From positions 64,379,767-64,443,766 of the forward strand of contig NC_133617.1 of NCBI RefSeq assembly GCF_048593235.1: 64,000 nucleotides of DNA, given 5' to 3'. The notes under the pieces are model-generated. The model had not been told where the DNA came from, did not search any database, and saw only the letters and a list, made by a program, of their open reading frames with translations. Below are positions 1-14,500 of this stretch, one piece after another. Position 1 is the stretch's first letter. Each line of letters opens with the position of its first letter. The stretch comes from Sminthopsis crassicaudata. Lineage: Eukaryota. The position numbers and the translations under genes were made by a program.

Positions 1-309
1 TCAAGCAGGAGAAAAGAAAAGTCTAGAGGTGCATTTGAAGCAAGAGTCCCTGAAAGGCTATTATTTTGTAGCAGCAAAGTCTTCTCTCAATCACAATCAA
101 CCTAGGACTATCCTAAGGGAATGAATAGGTTCAGATTCCCCTTCTTTTCCCTCTCCATCTCATCTACCAGGAAGGCCTCTGGGACAGACTGGGGTATCAG
201 TTAACACACCCACTATAACTGAGGCCATCAAAGCCGCCGGCCCATGGTGGTGACGTGGCCCTAGCCCTGCCCTGCCAAGCTAGCCCAGAATTGGTAAACA
301 AGGCCTTAG

Positions 310-565
310 GAGAGGAAATGCATAAGAGAAAATATGAGTTAAAAGGTAAGAGAGGGAAAAGAAAGGAAGGGAAGGAAAGGACTGAGATAGAAAGGGAAAG
401 AGAAGAGAAGACCCAGATTGGGATTGGGAAGGATATGGAGAGGGAGAGAGAAAAAGGGGAAGGGTGGGAGAGGGGCTGAATGAAATAAGAGAAAAAGAAG
501 GGTTGAAGGGGGAAAAAAGAAATTGGGGATAAAGAACTGAAGTTGAAATAGAAGGAAAGTTTGAT
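310..565. repeat. Polypurine low-complexity tract; similar tracts at ~50100-50400 (CT), ~51470-51620 (CT/GT), ~53870-54010 (GA), ~58820-58890 (GA)
   Basis: Long GA-rich or CT-rich runs read directly. Confidence 0.85.
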
Positions 566-685
566 TGAAATTCATTGAGAAAAATTATCTTTCTCTACCT
601 ACCTCTGGATTTCTAATCCACAAAACTCCCTAATAAGATCTTGCCAGTGGCTGTCTTTCAGAACTATGTCCCCTTCCTCTGCCAG

Positions 686-2546
686 GACTGGAGATCATAT
701 CGTCATGGTGAATGGGGTTTCCATGGAGAATGTGTCTTCGACTTTTGCCATACAGACCCTCAAGGCTTGCACCAAATTTGCCAACATTGTGAGTTGGCCC
801 TAGTCCTAAGTGGGAGGACATTAGGGACAGGGAAGGGGGGTAGCAGGCAAGATATGGTATCAGAGTTTCTGGTGTGAAATTACTCTGGGTTGCAGGGTCC
901 ATCCTCAAACAGTCAAGCTATGGCTTGTGACTGAGTCATCCAGTAGTCAGAGGTCAATGTTTAAGGGGCAAGGATTATGGGATCATGATTTTGAGTTTAT
1001 ATCTACTTTTCCCTCTCTATTACCCACCCAAACAGACCATAAAAAGACCTCGAAAAATTCAGCTACCAACTACCAAGACCAGCTATCCCACTTCAAGCCT
1101 GGGCCCCAGCCCACAGAACCAGGGGCCACCATGGGACCACCAGGACCAGGAGGAAATGGATCACAGCCGGGGCTATGAGGGTGACTCTTCCAGTGAGCGC
1201 AGCTCAGGCCACAGCTGGACTGAGCGTTCTCGGAGGCGGAGTCGAGCTGGTAGCCGCAGAGGTCACAGTCGGGAGAGCCGGGTAGATCGGCCAGATGGAA
1301 CCAATGGGCTGGCCCTGGTGTCTGGCTTCAAGAGACTACCAAGGCATGATGTATTGATGAAGCCAGTGGAATCAGTGTTGGTGAAGAAAAAAGAGAGTGA
1401 GGGTGAGGAAAGTTCTGGATTTATGGGTGAACCAAAGGGCTGGTTCATTGACATCCGACCTTAGTCCACTTTGAGGAATAGAACAGAATAGAATAGAATA
1501 GGCACTAGAATAACCCGGGGCCCACACCATGATGCCAGGTACCACATTTGGCATAAATACTGTAATGATCAATGCCCAGCTGCCCACTCTCAAGCCAAAG
1601 AGCCCTGCTTTAAGAGTTGGAGAACCCAACTCATTCTGCCACTCAGAATATGTACAATAAACAAATAATAATACAACAACAAATGAGTAATAATAATATC
1701 AGCTCAGATATAGAGCAGTTTAATATTTGTAAAGTCCTTTACATACCTTTTCTTCTTTGATTACCACAACAACCTTGTTATTATGTCCATTTTTATAGAT
1801 GAAAAAATTGAGGCTGGTATAAGTTATTTGCCAGGATCACATAACAAATGTCTGCAAGTCAATTATCCCCTAACCTTGTTTCCATGTGTAAAATGGGTCT
1901 AATGTTAACATAACCTACCACCCTTGGTTGTTTTGGGGAAACATCTTTATAAGCCTTAAGCAGTGGATAAATATGAATTGTTATTATCACTCTGGGTACC
2001 AGAGGAATATCTTTATGGGAAGGCAGGTGCGGTGTCTTATTGGGTCATTCTCCCTGAGGTTGGGAAGAGAATTGTCTTAACTTTAGTTACATTTTATCTT
2101 TATAAAACCAGGTGAAAACATGGGGACACAGCTATTCTCCTGGATCATTGACTCTAAAGGCAACATTTTCCCCTTGCCCTCTAACTCAGTGCCACTCAGC
2201 TCCCCTGCCAGATTGGTCTGGCTATGTTGAGCAAAGCTCCCAAAAGTGGCTGTTTCAGATAGTCTGCCCTCAGCTCACCCTATATGAAAGGGGTTTGAGA
2301 TTGAGCTAGAACTCCATGTAAAGCAGAGACAGAGTAACAGATAGTGGAAGGAACACTAGTTTAGGAATCAAAGGACTCTTCTCAGTGACTCACCTTAGCC
2401 TAGCCTCAGAGTCCTCAGTATAAAACCATAAGTACTTGAATAATCTCTACAGTACCTTCCAACTCTACATTCTCTGCTCTATAAAAAGGACTTGGACCAG
2501 AACTTCAAGAGACCAAAAAAGTTATCTGGCCTCATCTCTGCATTTT

Positions 2547-2591
<45 letters not shown>

Positions 2592-5500
2592 AAAATGAAA
2601 CAGAGTTGGGAAATGGCTTGCCCAGGCTCATTCAAGGTGTGAACTTCAAAGGTGGAATTGGAATCCAGGCCTTGTGCCTCCAGAGGGTGTTCCTTCTACA
2701 GTAGCATAGTGGTGATCTCTCAGGTTTTTTCCACCTCTCCCATGAATGGTCCCAATCTTATAGAAATACCCTGAGATCATCTTCCCCAGAGTTAGCACCA
2801 CCAAGCCCAAGCCTCTGTCTCTGACTCTTAGGAAGCAGCTTGATTCATTTGCCCATCCTTTATCTACTCAGTGGGCAAGATCAGGCTTCTTTAACCTCTT
2901 GAGTGAACATTAAAGACCTGTGTGAAGCTCTCTCTGACCCTTCAGGTACCTGGCATGGGGCTGCAGACTAGAGGAAGCTCAGTTCCTGGGACCCAAACTC
3001 CCAGACACATCCAGGGATATGATTCTGCACTCCTCACTACTATTCAGAGATTGGGAGACTTAGCTCCCTAAAAAATCTTTGTCTGGAGAGTCCGTTTCCC
3101 GTAAGGGAATCCTGATCCTTAACCATGTAACCCACACTCCCTTGGTCATGCTTTAGTCTTTCTTCTCTGGGGCCTCTGCAGAGTTTGGCGTAAAGCTCGG
3201 CAGTCAGATCTTCATCAAGCACATTACAGAATCAGGCCTAGCCTCCAAGAGCAAGGGACTGAAGGAGGGTGATCTCGTCCTTAAGGTGAGCTCTGGGAAG
3301 GGTGAATTGGAACTTCCTTGGGGTTAAGGGGTAGCTCCTTTACCACCTTCTACTCTCCCTCAGCCACTAAAAACAGGATGTGGAAGCTGGGCAGTAAGAG
3401 CTCTTTCTATTCCACCCCCTACTCTATTCTCCATGGGTTCATACTCTGTGGCTAGAGCTCCTTGTCTGAGTTCATGTCTGGCCAAGATAGGATCCCCCCA
3501 GAAGATTGTCTCTTTTTAGGATCACCCATGTCTGAATATTTTTCAAGGGCCTTAGTCCCATCCTCTCTTCAACTCTTGCAATCTGGTGGAACCTTTCAGA
3601 TAAATGGAGTGTCCAGCCAAAACTTGTCCCTGAATGATACCCGACAATTGATCGAGAGGTCAGAAGGGACCCTGACCTTATTGGTACTCAGAGATCATCA
3701 GCAGTTCTTGGTGAACATCCCCCCAGCAGTCAACAGTGACAGTGAGAGTTCTGGCTTGGAGGGTAAGGATGGATCAATGGAAGGAAGGGGGAGGAACATA
3801 TTCTCTGCACCTGCTTGTCTCCAGTCCCTACCTCTGCTCTTAACCTAGCCTTCCTTTCTTCACCATCTTTCCTCACTTGAATTCCCAGACACCATACATT
3901 TCAAATTCTCCTAGCTTTCTAACCCTCTTTTCTAAGTCTTCCTCAATGGTTTTCCCCTCTTCCTCAATCTAGTGACTTTATATTTACCAAAAGCTGTCCT
4001 CATTCCTTCTCACTGTGCTCTCTCCTTTGGCAGTCTCAATCACTCCTGAGTTCCAACTGTCCCCTCTCTAATAGAATTCATTGGTTTGGGAGACTCCTAA
4101 TAATGCAAATGACTCCTAGGGAGTTACCTAGAGCACTCAGAGCACCAGTAATTCCCAGTGCTGGTAGGACATCCTAGTGAAGATATCCTATAAACAGATA
4201 AAGATATGGGTTTGTAGCTAGGAAGAAAAGTCAGTAATAAAGATTTTTTCATAAAGACGTGGTCTAGTGGGTAAAGAGCAAGCCTCAAAGCCCAGAATAT
4301 CTGGATTCAAATTCTGTCTCTTACAAATTACTAGTTGTATGACATTAGGTAAGTCACTTAATCTCTTACAGCCCCAGTATTTAGCACAGTGCCTGGCACA
4401 TCATAGGCACTTAATAAACTTTATTTCCTCACTGGTGATCATAATACCTACCTCCCAAGATGATTGTGAGGATCAAAAGGATAATATTTGTAAAGCACTT
4501 AGCACAGTGCCTGACACATAGATAATAAATGCTTGTTCCCTTCCCCCTTCTCCTTAATAATGCTCCTTTACGCACCGCACCGCCTGACTAATCCTCCTGC
4601 ATAAGTCTCATGATGTCATTTCCACTCCTCCCTCCCCCCTCAAAAAAAATCCTTTAACAGTGTCCTGGCTGCTTCCCAAGTAAAATCCAGACTCCACTGC
4701 CTGGCTTCCTGGGCCCCCCACCATCTGGCACCACCCTTTTCTTCCAGCCTTATTTAGCCTTATCTTACACCATTATTACCATTCTAGCTAATCTGAATAC
4801 TCATCTTAGGTCCTTATGTCACCTGTACATTTTCTGCCTTTACTAATGGGATACTTGATTCTTGGAACTATACTTGTAGCCCCCATCCAACCCCAACCTA
4901 TCGAAACCCTAAATCAAATGCAGGAAGCTTTCTCTTCTATCCATAGCTAGTAATGCTGTTCTTTACATAGATAGCACTGTGTTTGCTCTGCTGATTGTGT
5001 AGGATGTGATACAATGTTCTGTGTTTGTGTTTCTTCCCTCTACTAGAGGCAAACCTAAAGGGAAGGACCAAGTTTTGTGTAAACTTTGTATCTTTTCTGT
5101 GGCACTGGGTACTATCATGTTGCAGTACAAAGTGGATACCTTAAAAGAGTTTGAATTGTATCCAATCAAATTCAGATTCACAATTGAGAAGACAGCCTCT
5201 TTGTGAGCGCTCTATCCTCTTGGGGATGATAGCATTAATCTTACTGTTGCTGTCATCTTGGAAGGCCCAGGGAGCCTGGGGAAATGAGGCAAGGAGTGAT
5301 TGTTTGTGACAACGATCTTTTGCTGTTACAGACATCTCTGACATTGGCTCAGAGCCTTCCCAGCCGCCCCCATCCCACGTGCCCCCACCACCTGGTGGCA
5401 AACGTCGGGTTTCTGATGCCAGCTGGACAGAGTCTCCTCCGTAAGTGCTAACATCACACACTCATCTGTTTTTAATGTCTTGGAACTTGTCTGTTTCTAA

Positions 5501-8500
5501 TATGCTCATTATAGTCAATAGTTTGAGTGGGGGGAACGTTAATCTGTTTGTGGTAACTCTTGCCAATGACTGATCTTGAGGGAACTATTAGCCCTCTTCT
5601 TCTCCACCTATTACCAGGTGATAAATGGAATTTGAAATATGGAAGAGAGTTTCCAGAATGCCATAATCCCTACTCTCCAACTACAAGAGAACTATAATTA
5701 TAAAGAGATTAAAAAGATAATCTGTTATTTTATTATATACTATTATAAAAATAATCTATAAAGAGGTTATTAGGAAGCTTGTTTTTGAGGTACTGGTGAC
5801 AAGATGGATACTTTGAATGTCCAAAGATTTGAAAGTTTTGGGTTAATGATTGGAAGCAGAAAAAATGGTCGGTCTGTGATGAGAGTGTTGAAATTGGGCC
5901 CAGTACTTAGTGGTGTAAGTTAAAGAAGGTGTGGAAGAGGAAGGCTTCTGGTTCATTTTTCTGGACAATGTCTCAATTTCTGATGTGTACCCCAACCACA
6001 ATCTGTGTTCAGAAGAAGTAAATAAGTTTTGAGCTGTGTTTGTGGGGAGAGAGCAGGTGCTAGATTGAGAAAGGGGCAGGGATCACCAACTTGTGTAGCT
6101 GGTCAGACAGGTTGTGCCCTGCATCCTTGTCCCCATGGAGTGAAATCAATATTTAGGTTTTATGATGGCAAGGTATGGCAGATATTAGAGCCACAGTACA
6201 AGAATCTGTGTGTAAATGAATCTGTCTCACCTAGGGTCCTTCCTCCTCATGAACAGAAGTAACTCCTGCTTGGAAACTAGAAAATGCCTCTAGTAATATG
6301 GGAGAAATTCCTGTATCCATCCCCCAGGTTTTAAAGACCCTTTGGTCTGAGTATACCATCAACTCCTATGCAAGGACTCAGAATAGGCAGAAAGCTACAG
6401 GGAAAACTGTCTAGAAGGTTGGAGTACAATGATTTCTAGGGGGAAGAAGGTATTAAAGAAGGGATAATTATTTCCTTATCAATCAAAATGATCTAGTCAG
6501 AAATCATTTCTTACTGCAGTTACAGCTGGACTCAGCTTCTCTCCTTCTGCCCACCCCCAACCTCTCCTCACACACCTGGGGTACTATTGAAGCTGATCCT
6601 ATACCATCTTAACTTTAATCTTTTGTTTGACCAGGGAGGAATCAGTGGAACCCGGATCTCCTCAGGAATCAGGTGAGAGAAAGAGAAACTATAGGCATTT
6701 CTATAGGGTTTGTCCATTAGACTTCAATCTGGTACTATCTGGGAGTGTTTGAAGGTTTGGGGCCCTAGTTTTACTCATCTGTGTAGAGAGGGAAGGGCAG
6801 CTGTCTTGGGGCAAGGGCCCAGACCATCTAGTTTGGTCTAAACCTGGCCAGGGACACTGTGTGGGCCCAGATTTTAAAGGCTATAAAGGGCTCAAAAGAA
6901 ATTTTAAAAGTTCTAGGAATCTCAGTATTCGGGCCATACCTGCAGGTAGTTTAGGGTGTGAGTTGGGCCTGGAGAGTCTAGAATGGAGGAAAAGGAGGGA
7001 GGAGCATAGCATTCTGTGAAAGAAAGGGGAATTATGTGGTGAGACACAGAATAGAGTGGAGGGATTGATTCTTCCCTTTTAGATACCCAGGAGACCCTGA
7101 GAGAAAGCAGCTACAACATCTATCGGGTCCCCACTAGCCAAAAACAAGATTATGGGTAAGTGTCCTAGTCTAGGGTCCCTGCTGTCACTGTGACCCCCTT
7201 AGACACACATATTCATACTTTTCCATTGCTACTATTACCCCAGTACAAAAGTCACCTATTCTTGGAAGCCAGGGAATCCATGTATGAATAATCAAGGCTA
7301 TTAGAAACCCCATAGTCCAATGCCTCATTTTACAAATGGCAGAATAGGCTTAGAAGGGAGAACATAAAAAGCATTGTTAAAAGTACCTTCCATTTCTACC
7401 ATTCCATCCCCTATCCAAGTCAATAGCACCTGTAGAATGCAGGTCAAAGAGTTAAGAAGATTTTATGTAAACTTTCAGTTCCCTCTCAATTTTTAGATGA
7501 TGAAATTATATCAAAAAAGGGGAAAGACCTACTCAGAAACACTTATAGAATCAGTCTCTTCAACTTCCAGTCCAGGCCTGGATAAGTTTCATGAGCCTAA
7601 CATTTCAATCCCTTACCTCCCCAGGTATAGCCCAGACACTCGGGTGGTCCATTTCACCAAAGGTGCCACCATTGGGCTCCGTCTAGCTGGGGGCAATGAC
7701 GTTGGCATCTTTGTATCAGACGTGCAAGAAGGGAGCCCAGCAGATGGACAAGGAATTCAGGAAGGAGACCAGATACTACAGGTATATAGGTTAGCTTGGA
7801 GCCAAAGAAGGATGGGGCAATGGGAAGCTAGATGAAAACCCTGTCCCTGTCTTTTCAGAACTTGATAACCTGGTAGAAGCCCCATGTTAGACCAAATTAG
7901 AGGATGAATATTCTTGGCCCAGGGTTCAGCCTCTGTCAGTTCAGTTATTTTGGTTTAGAGGGAATACAATGCCCCATTCCCATTTTTCTTTATAAAGAAT
8001 CTTATAGAAATTAGAATTTCATACTTGAAAAGTCCCTTATCTGTTATATCTGTTATAACCCATCCCTGAACAAGAATCCACTACAACATATCCATTATGC
8101 CTTTATTTAAAGCAGCGGTCCTCAAACTTTTTAAATAGGGGGCCAGTTGAGTGTCCCTCAGACTGTTGGAGGCCGGACTATAGTAAAAACAAAAACTCAC
8201 ACTCTGTCTCCGCCCCTCAGCCCATTTGCCATAACCCGGTAGGCCACATAAACATTCTCAGCGGCGGCATCTGGCCCATGGGCCGTAGTTTGAGAACTCC
8301 TGGCTTAAAGACTTCCTTCCAAGAAGCAGAGAACCCTTCCCTCTAGTCATTGGGAGACAGAAGCCATTTATTTTACTTTGAGATTCTTTTAAGCATTAGG
8401 GAGTCATTCCTAATCAAGTCTAATTCTGCCCTTTGGTGCCAAACAGAAGGGAAAAAAAATCTAATCTTCCATGTAATAGTCCATTCAGCACTTTGAGAAA

Positions 8501-11500
8501 ACTATCATATTCCCTCCCCACCCCAACTCCCAGTATTCTCTAGGCTTTGCAAATTTCCATTCTTCAATTAATGCTCATATGTCATGAAGTAGATGCTTTT
8601 CATCATCTTTTTTTGCCATTACCTGAATTCTCTCCAGCTTATCTATTTCCTTCCCCCAATATCATACCCTAATACAACATTCTCGGCAGTACAGCAGATT
8701 TCACATTGGTATTGTCTTAAACCAGGGGTTCTCAAACTATGGCCTACGGGCCAGATGCGCAGACTGAGAACATTTACACGGCCTGCTGGGTTATGGCAAA
8801 TGGCCTGAGGGGCGGAGACAGAGTGTGAGTTTTTGTTTTTACTATAATCCGGCCTCCAACAGTCTGAGGGATAGTGAACTGACCCCCTATTTAAAAAGTT
8901 TGAGGACCACTGCCCTAAACATTGCACATCATTAACTCACATTGAGCTTGCAGTACACTAAAACCTCCAGATTTTTTCCAAATGAATTTCTAGCCATGCC
9001 TTCCCCCATTTGGTAATTGTGAGATTGTTTTGGGAGTTTTATCAAAGTATAGAAAAATGTTTTTGCTGTTCTTTATACATTTCATTTTTTAAAAAGATTT
9101 GGCCTCCAGATGTCTTTTAGAGATCCTAACCCTATCATGTAAGATGTTCATTAAACTACTAGTTTTATGTAATCTGTAAATTTGATAAATTTTGCCAAAC
9201 ATACTTTCAAACAAGTCATTGATAAAAATGTTAAATAGCATAGAGGCAAGTACAGATCCATGGGTATCCCTTGAAAATCTGTTTCCAACTGACGTGGAAG
9301 CATTGAGGCCTACTCTTTTGAGTCTTTTCATTCATCTGGTTCCCAATCTAATTTTATTGTTATCCAACCCAAAATCTTCATCTTTTCTTCAAAATAAGAT
9401 GAGAGACTTTTTCAAATGCTTCACCTGGTTAATCAGTCTATTAACCTACCTAAAATCCTATCTTCTAAAGGAAGCCTTTGCCCAATCCCCTACCACCACC
9501 ACTCAGCTTTGAATTCTAGTGCTCTCTCTTAAAATTATTTCCTCTTTATCCTGTACTTAGTTTATTTGCATATATTACTTTGTTTGTTGTCTCCCTCATT
9601 AGATTGTCAGTTCATGCAGGCAGAATGAATGTTGCATATGTTTTGAAAATTAAGAGCTTTTTTAAAAATCAAAAAAAAGAAATCGCATCCAGCAAGTGTT
9701 TCAGTGCCTTGGGTTGTGGTTGCTTGCACACATCCAGAGCAATTCAATATTCTCTTACTATCTTTCCATTTCCCTGGGACAAGAGCTCTGCCCCTAACCA
9801 AAGATCATTCTCCTTGATAGAGAAAATGACAACAGCATAAGTAGAGAAACTTCACCTTCACAAGGCCTTCTTTGTCCTCCATCTAGAGTAGTGATCCAGT
9901 ATTTCTTTGATCTTTCTCTCTCTTTTTTTAATGTAGCTGAAAAAGGTTATGGATCACACTCCAGAATGTCCATTAAGGCTTACACAGTAATGTCATTCTC
10001 TTTTTCTCTCCCTCCTTTCCAACCCTTGCCACTTTAGGAATAATAATAATAACATTAATAGTTATAATAATCAATAACAACTAGCATTTTGATAGTGTTT
10101 TAAGGTTTGTGGATCCTCACCAACCCCTGGGAGAGAGGTACTATTATAATCCTCATTTTACAGAGGAGGAAACTGAGTCTTTGGGATTAAGTAACTTTGC
10201 CTAAGATCCCACAGTCAATGAATATCTGAGGCAGAATTTGAACTTTCCTGACTGAAATTCCAACATTACCTTTCCACTTTGGTACCTACTTGTGCCAAGT
10301 CTACCCAGACTCTGCCTACAGGTGGAGAATGCTACCATCCAGCTTTAGAGTTATCATTACCTTATTCCTTCCCCTATTCCCACCCTATTCCCACTCCACA
10401 GGTGAATGAGCAGTCATTCCAGAACCTGACCAGGGAGGAGGCTGTTCAGTACTTACTGGGGCTGCCCCCAGGAGAGGAAATAGAGCTGCTTACTCAGCGC
10501 AAGCAAGATCGTAAGTGGGGTTGGGCTGATGGGCTATCCTGCCTCGGGAAACTTGGGGACATCTTTACTGGAAGTACAGGCAAAGGGCAGGGAACCCTTT
10601 TAGTCAAAACCCTCATTGAGTGGACTAAACCTGAAAATAGACCATGTGCTAAGGCCATTGTACTCTTAGACTTCCCCATGATCAGCTCGACAAGTGGAAA
10701 GTGTGGATTTTGGCACTGTCCCTACCATCATGGGGAGACCAGAAATTCTGCCTTCCTCAACTCTCTTGAGTCCCCAAGAATAGGGGCCTGGATCTCCAGA
10801 CTTCTCCCAGTTTTCCCTCTTGACTATGATACATGAATCAGTTCCTAGGCGAGGGGAGAAAGATTGTGTGTCCCCAGCCACGCAAGTCTATAAAAAGAGC
10901 TCAATGGGGAATGGAAGCCAATGATCCAATCTAATTTGGTTTAGTACATAGAGAGATGTTGGGTCACTCCTTCTCTAGTTCACTTTACACAAGTGAGATA
11001 ATAGATGTAAAGTATTTGCAGATCTTAAAGCACTCTACTCTATCCTGATTTCTTTGAACCTTAGTGTTTAGGAAGATGGTCAAGTCAAGTGTAGGTGACT
11101 CCTTCTATATCCGTACCCACTTTGAGCTGGAACCAAGTCCACCTCTGGGCTTGGGCTTTACCCGAGGGGACGTCTTCCATGTTTTGGACACATTGTACCC
11201 TGAGATGGGAAGAGGTGGCAGCTGGCTGGCAGTTCGCATGGGCAGGGACCTGACAGAACAGGATCGGGGCATTATTCCCAACCAAAGCAGGTGAGACCCC
11301 TACGTAGGGGGGAATTGTGTTAGACAGTGGTCAGATGGGAAGACCAGAAATGGGGGGGAAAAGCAAGCAATCAAGTTAACAGTGATGTGGGAGAGGGAAA
11401 AGGTTTGAGGAGGAAGGAACAAAGAATCTAAGCAAGGAGACTCTATCTATCCTGTCCCTTTCCTATAAACTCAAGAGTGTTTGGGGAAATTTGCCTGCCT

Positions 11501-14500
11501 CCTGTTCCTCTGTGGTAAACTCAAGGTCAGTGTCAGGAAGAGAACTTCAGCAATGACTAAATAGAGAATCACAGACTCAGCCCCTGGGAATCCTTGAGCT
11601 TTTGTTGCTTTGGCTAACTATCCCTTTTATCTCACAGGGCTGAGCAATTGGCATCACTGGAAGCTGCCCAGAGGGCTATGGGCTCAGGGCCTTTCTCTTC
11701 CTCAACTGCCACAGGAGCCCGAGCTGAGTTCTGGAAGCTTCGGGGCCTGCGTTTAGGTGCCAAGAAGCATATGCGCCAAAGCCGTGAGGACTTGTCAGCC
11801 CTGACAAAGCAGGGCAACTATCCACCTTATGAGCGAGTAGTGCTGAGGGAAGGTTAGTTATGGAATGGATAAAAGTTGGGGGAACAGGGGTCCAGAACAT
11901 TTAATTATCTCTTGCGATCAAGAAGTAGAACACCTAAATGACCTAAAGTTATACTGTGGGGAATCTTGTATCAGAGCTAGGGATAAGGGGAGGTTTGAGA
12001 AAAAAATGAGTTGCATCTGCTAATTCCTTGCCTGTTCTGTCCCAGCCAGTTTCAAACGTCCTGTGGTTATCATGGGCCCTGTGGCTGATGTGGCCATGCA
12101 GAAGCTATGTTCTGAGATGCCTGATCAGTTTGAAGTTGCAGGTGAGGAACCTAGGCCCTCTTATTCACCAGTTCTTCACTAGCTGTTCCACCTTCAGCTA
12201 AAGGAACTTACAGAAGGATATGAGGAGTAGGCTGGTTAGTGAAGTGGTAAAGTTGGTAGGATTGGAGGTAGGATTTGAAGGATGGCAGAGAATTGAGAGA
12301 AGAGTCTGAAATGATCCTGTCACACGCTGGAAGGAGTCTGGTGCTTAGATGGAGTTTCAGGAATGAGCATGAAATGAAGCTGGAGATCAAAACTGAAGAC
12401 AGATCATGTATCTGAATACCTGGGATTTAATTTAATCTTGAAAGCAATAGGGAGTCTCTGAAAGTTTTATCAAGAAGCTATAAAAATAAGCAATCCTAAT
12501 GATCATGTATTTTCAGGAGCTTCCCAATATAATTCCCAATGGGAGAGTTCTCCTAAAGACTGATTTCATCTAGGCTAAAATGAGCAGCTGGTACACAGAG
12601 GGAGGGGGCGGGAAATGATTGCCACCCTTCCAAATTCTAACTGAAGGAGCTGCCTTCATTCCTACAGAGAGTGTCACAAGAACAGAGGGTCCCTCAAAGG
12701 TTGTCAAGCTGGACACAGTGCGGGTGATTGCTGAGAAGGTGAGTAGAGCAGAGAGAGAAAAAGATAAGGATGTGAAGCTGAGGCATAGGGTGTAGAATTG
12801 TGAAGGGCATTAGAGCGTAGAATGTTATAGAATGGACCAGCAGACAAAACAGACTTTTGAAGATACAATGAAGTTCATCTGGTCCAACTTCCTCATTTTA
12901 CAAAGAAAATTACTGAAGTGAAGGCTTCAGGGTATGGTCAGAGCCCAAGCTTGGGTTTCTATTGCATCTATCTCTTTCCCTGAACCAGGACAAGCACACT
13001 CTGCTAGATGTGACACCTTCTGCTGTGGAGCGCCTCAATTATGTGCAGTATTACCCTATTGTGGTGTTCTGTGCCCCTGAAAGCCGGACAGGGGTCAAGT
13101 CCCTGCGCCAGTGGTTGGCACCCACCTCTAGAAAAAGTTCTCGCCGCCTCTATGCCCAAGCCACCAAGCTGAAGAAGTACCACAGCCATCTGTTCACAGG
13201 TGAGACCAAGCTAGGTGGCTCAATGGATAATATCAGACTTGGAGTCAGAAACACCTGCATTCAAATCTTCATCAGATATTTAATGCTATGTGGCAAGTTG
13301 CTCAACCTGTCTACCTTGGTTTCCTCAGCTACAAAATGATTCTGAGAATAGCACCCATCTCTCAGAGATGTGATGATCTGATAACAAAAGACTATTATTA
13401 GTTTGGGAGAATGTGACATAACAGATAAACAGAAATTGGGATGGGGAAAGAAGACTTCTTTGGTTTAGGGCTTAGGCAGAAGTTCAAAGGTGGTGGAGGT
13501 AGGGAGGTAGAGGAAGGTTGCTGTAGAGAAAAGGCTCTAGACTAGAAACCAGGAGATTTGCCATCTATTTCCATCTCTGCCAGTGACTTCCTGTATGACT
13601 TTTCCTTTTCTGGGCTTGTTTCCCTACCTAAAAATGAGCATGATAGTACTTGATGGAGGATTACAGTGTTATTAAGGAATCTTAGTATTGAATAAGAGAA
13701 ACAGAATGAGGGGGGTTAAATTACTTGCCTATTTTTTCCTGAGGTATGGGAAAGGAAGAGAATTCCCCTCATCTAATATGAAACCCCAATGTGGAAATGT
13801 TAATAAAGAGTCCAGACCCATGTCTTAAGGGGCTCATGATGATTCAATAATATTATAGTTGTTAAAGCTCATCATTAATTAACAGTTTTTATATTGAACT
13901 TGTCAGATGTCAGAAAACCCTCTAATGAACTGATCTCTTGGGATTTGTCATTGGAAGAGGATTATATTTCTCTTACCACCAATATCCACTTATCTTTAGC
14001 TACCATTCAACTTAAGGGGACCAACAATGGCTGGTACCAGGAGCTCAAAGATATCATCAAAACCCAGCAATCCCGACCTATCTGGACAGCTGAAGACCAG
14101 GTAAACCTACTTAGCAAGGATCTACTTTTGTTATATGCCTTCAGAGGTTAGAAAGGGAAAGAAAATGACTTTACTGTGAAGATAGTAATGGTAGCAATGG
14201 TGATCACAACCCCACTATGTAGCCTCCAGGCTACTCTAGAAAGGTGAAACTATATTGAATTATTTCACCCTTATCAGAAGACTGACATATTTTCTTTGCT
14301 AAGTAACATAGTATGATGAATCAGTGGGAAAAATTGAATTTTTCATTATCCTATAACTAAGCTCAATGTTAGGGATCACCAAGGACATCTTTTTCCTGGA
14401 TTGCACCAGTTTCTACTAAATGGGAGTTCCCAAAGTTAGACCATTTGTGTCCATCTCCTACATCATTCCCTCCCCCAGGTTGACAATGCAGCCGAAGAGA

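Noticed and set aside
255-575. ORFs rich in E/K/R or F/L/P on both strands
   Set aside because: Translation of a polypurine low-complexity tract in a TJP3 intron; no splice context or domain.
2436-2704. Poly-lysine ORFs
   Set aside because: Artefact of the A41 homopolymer.
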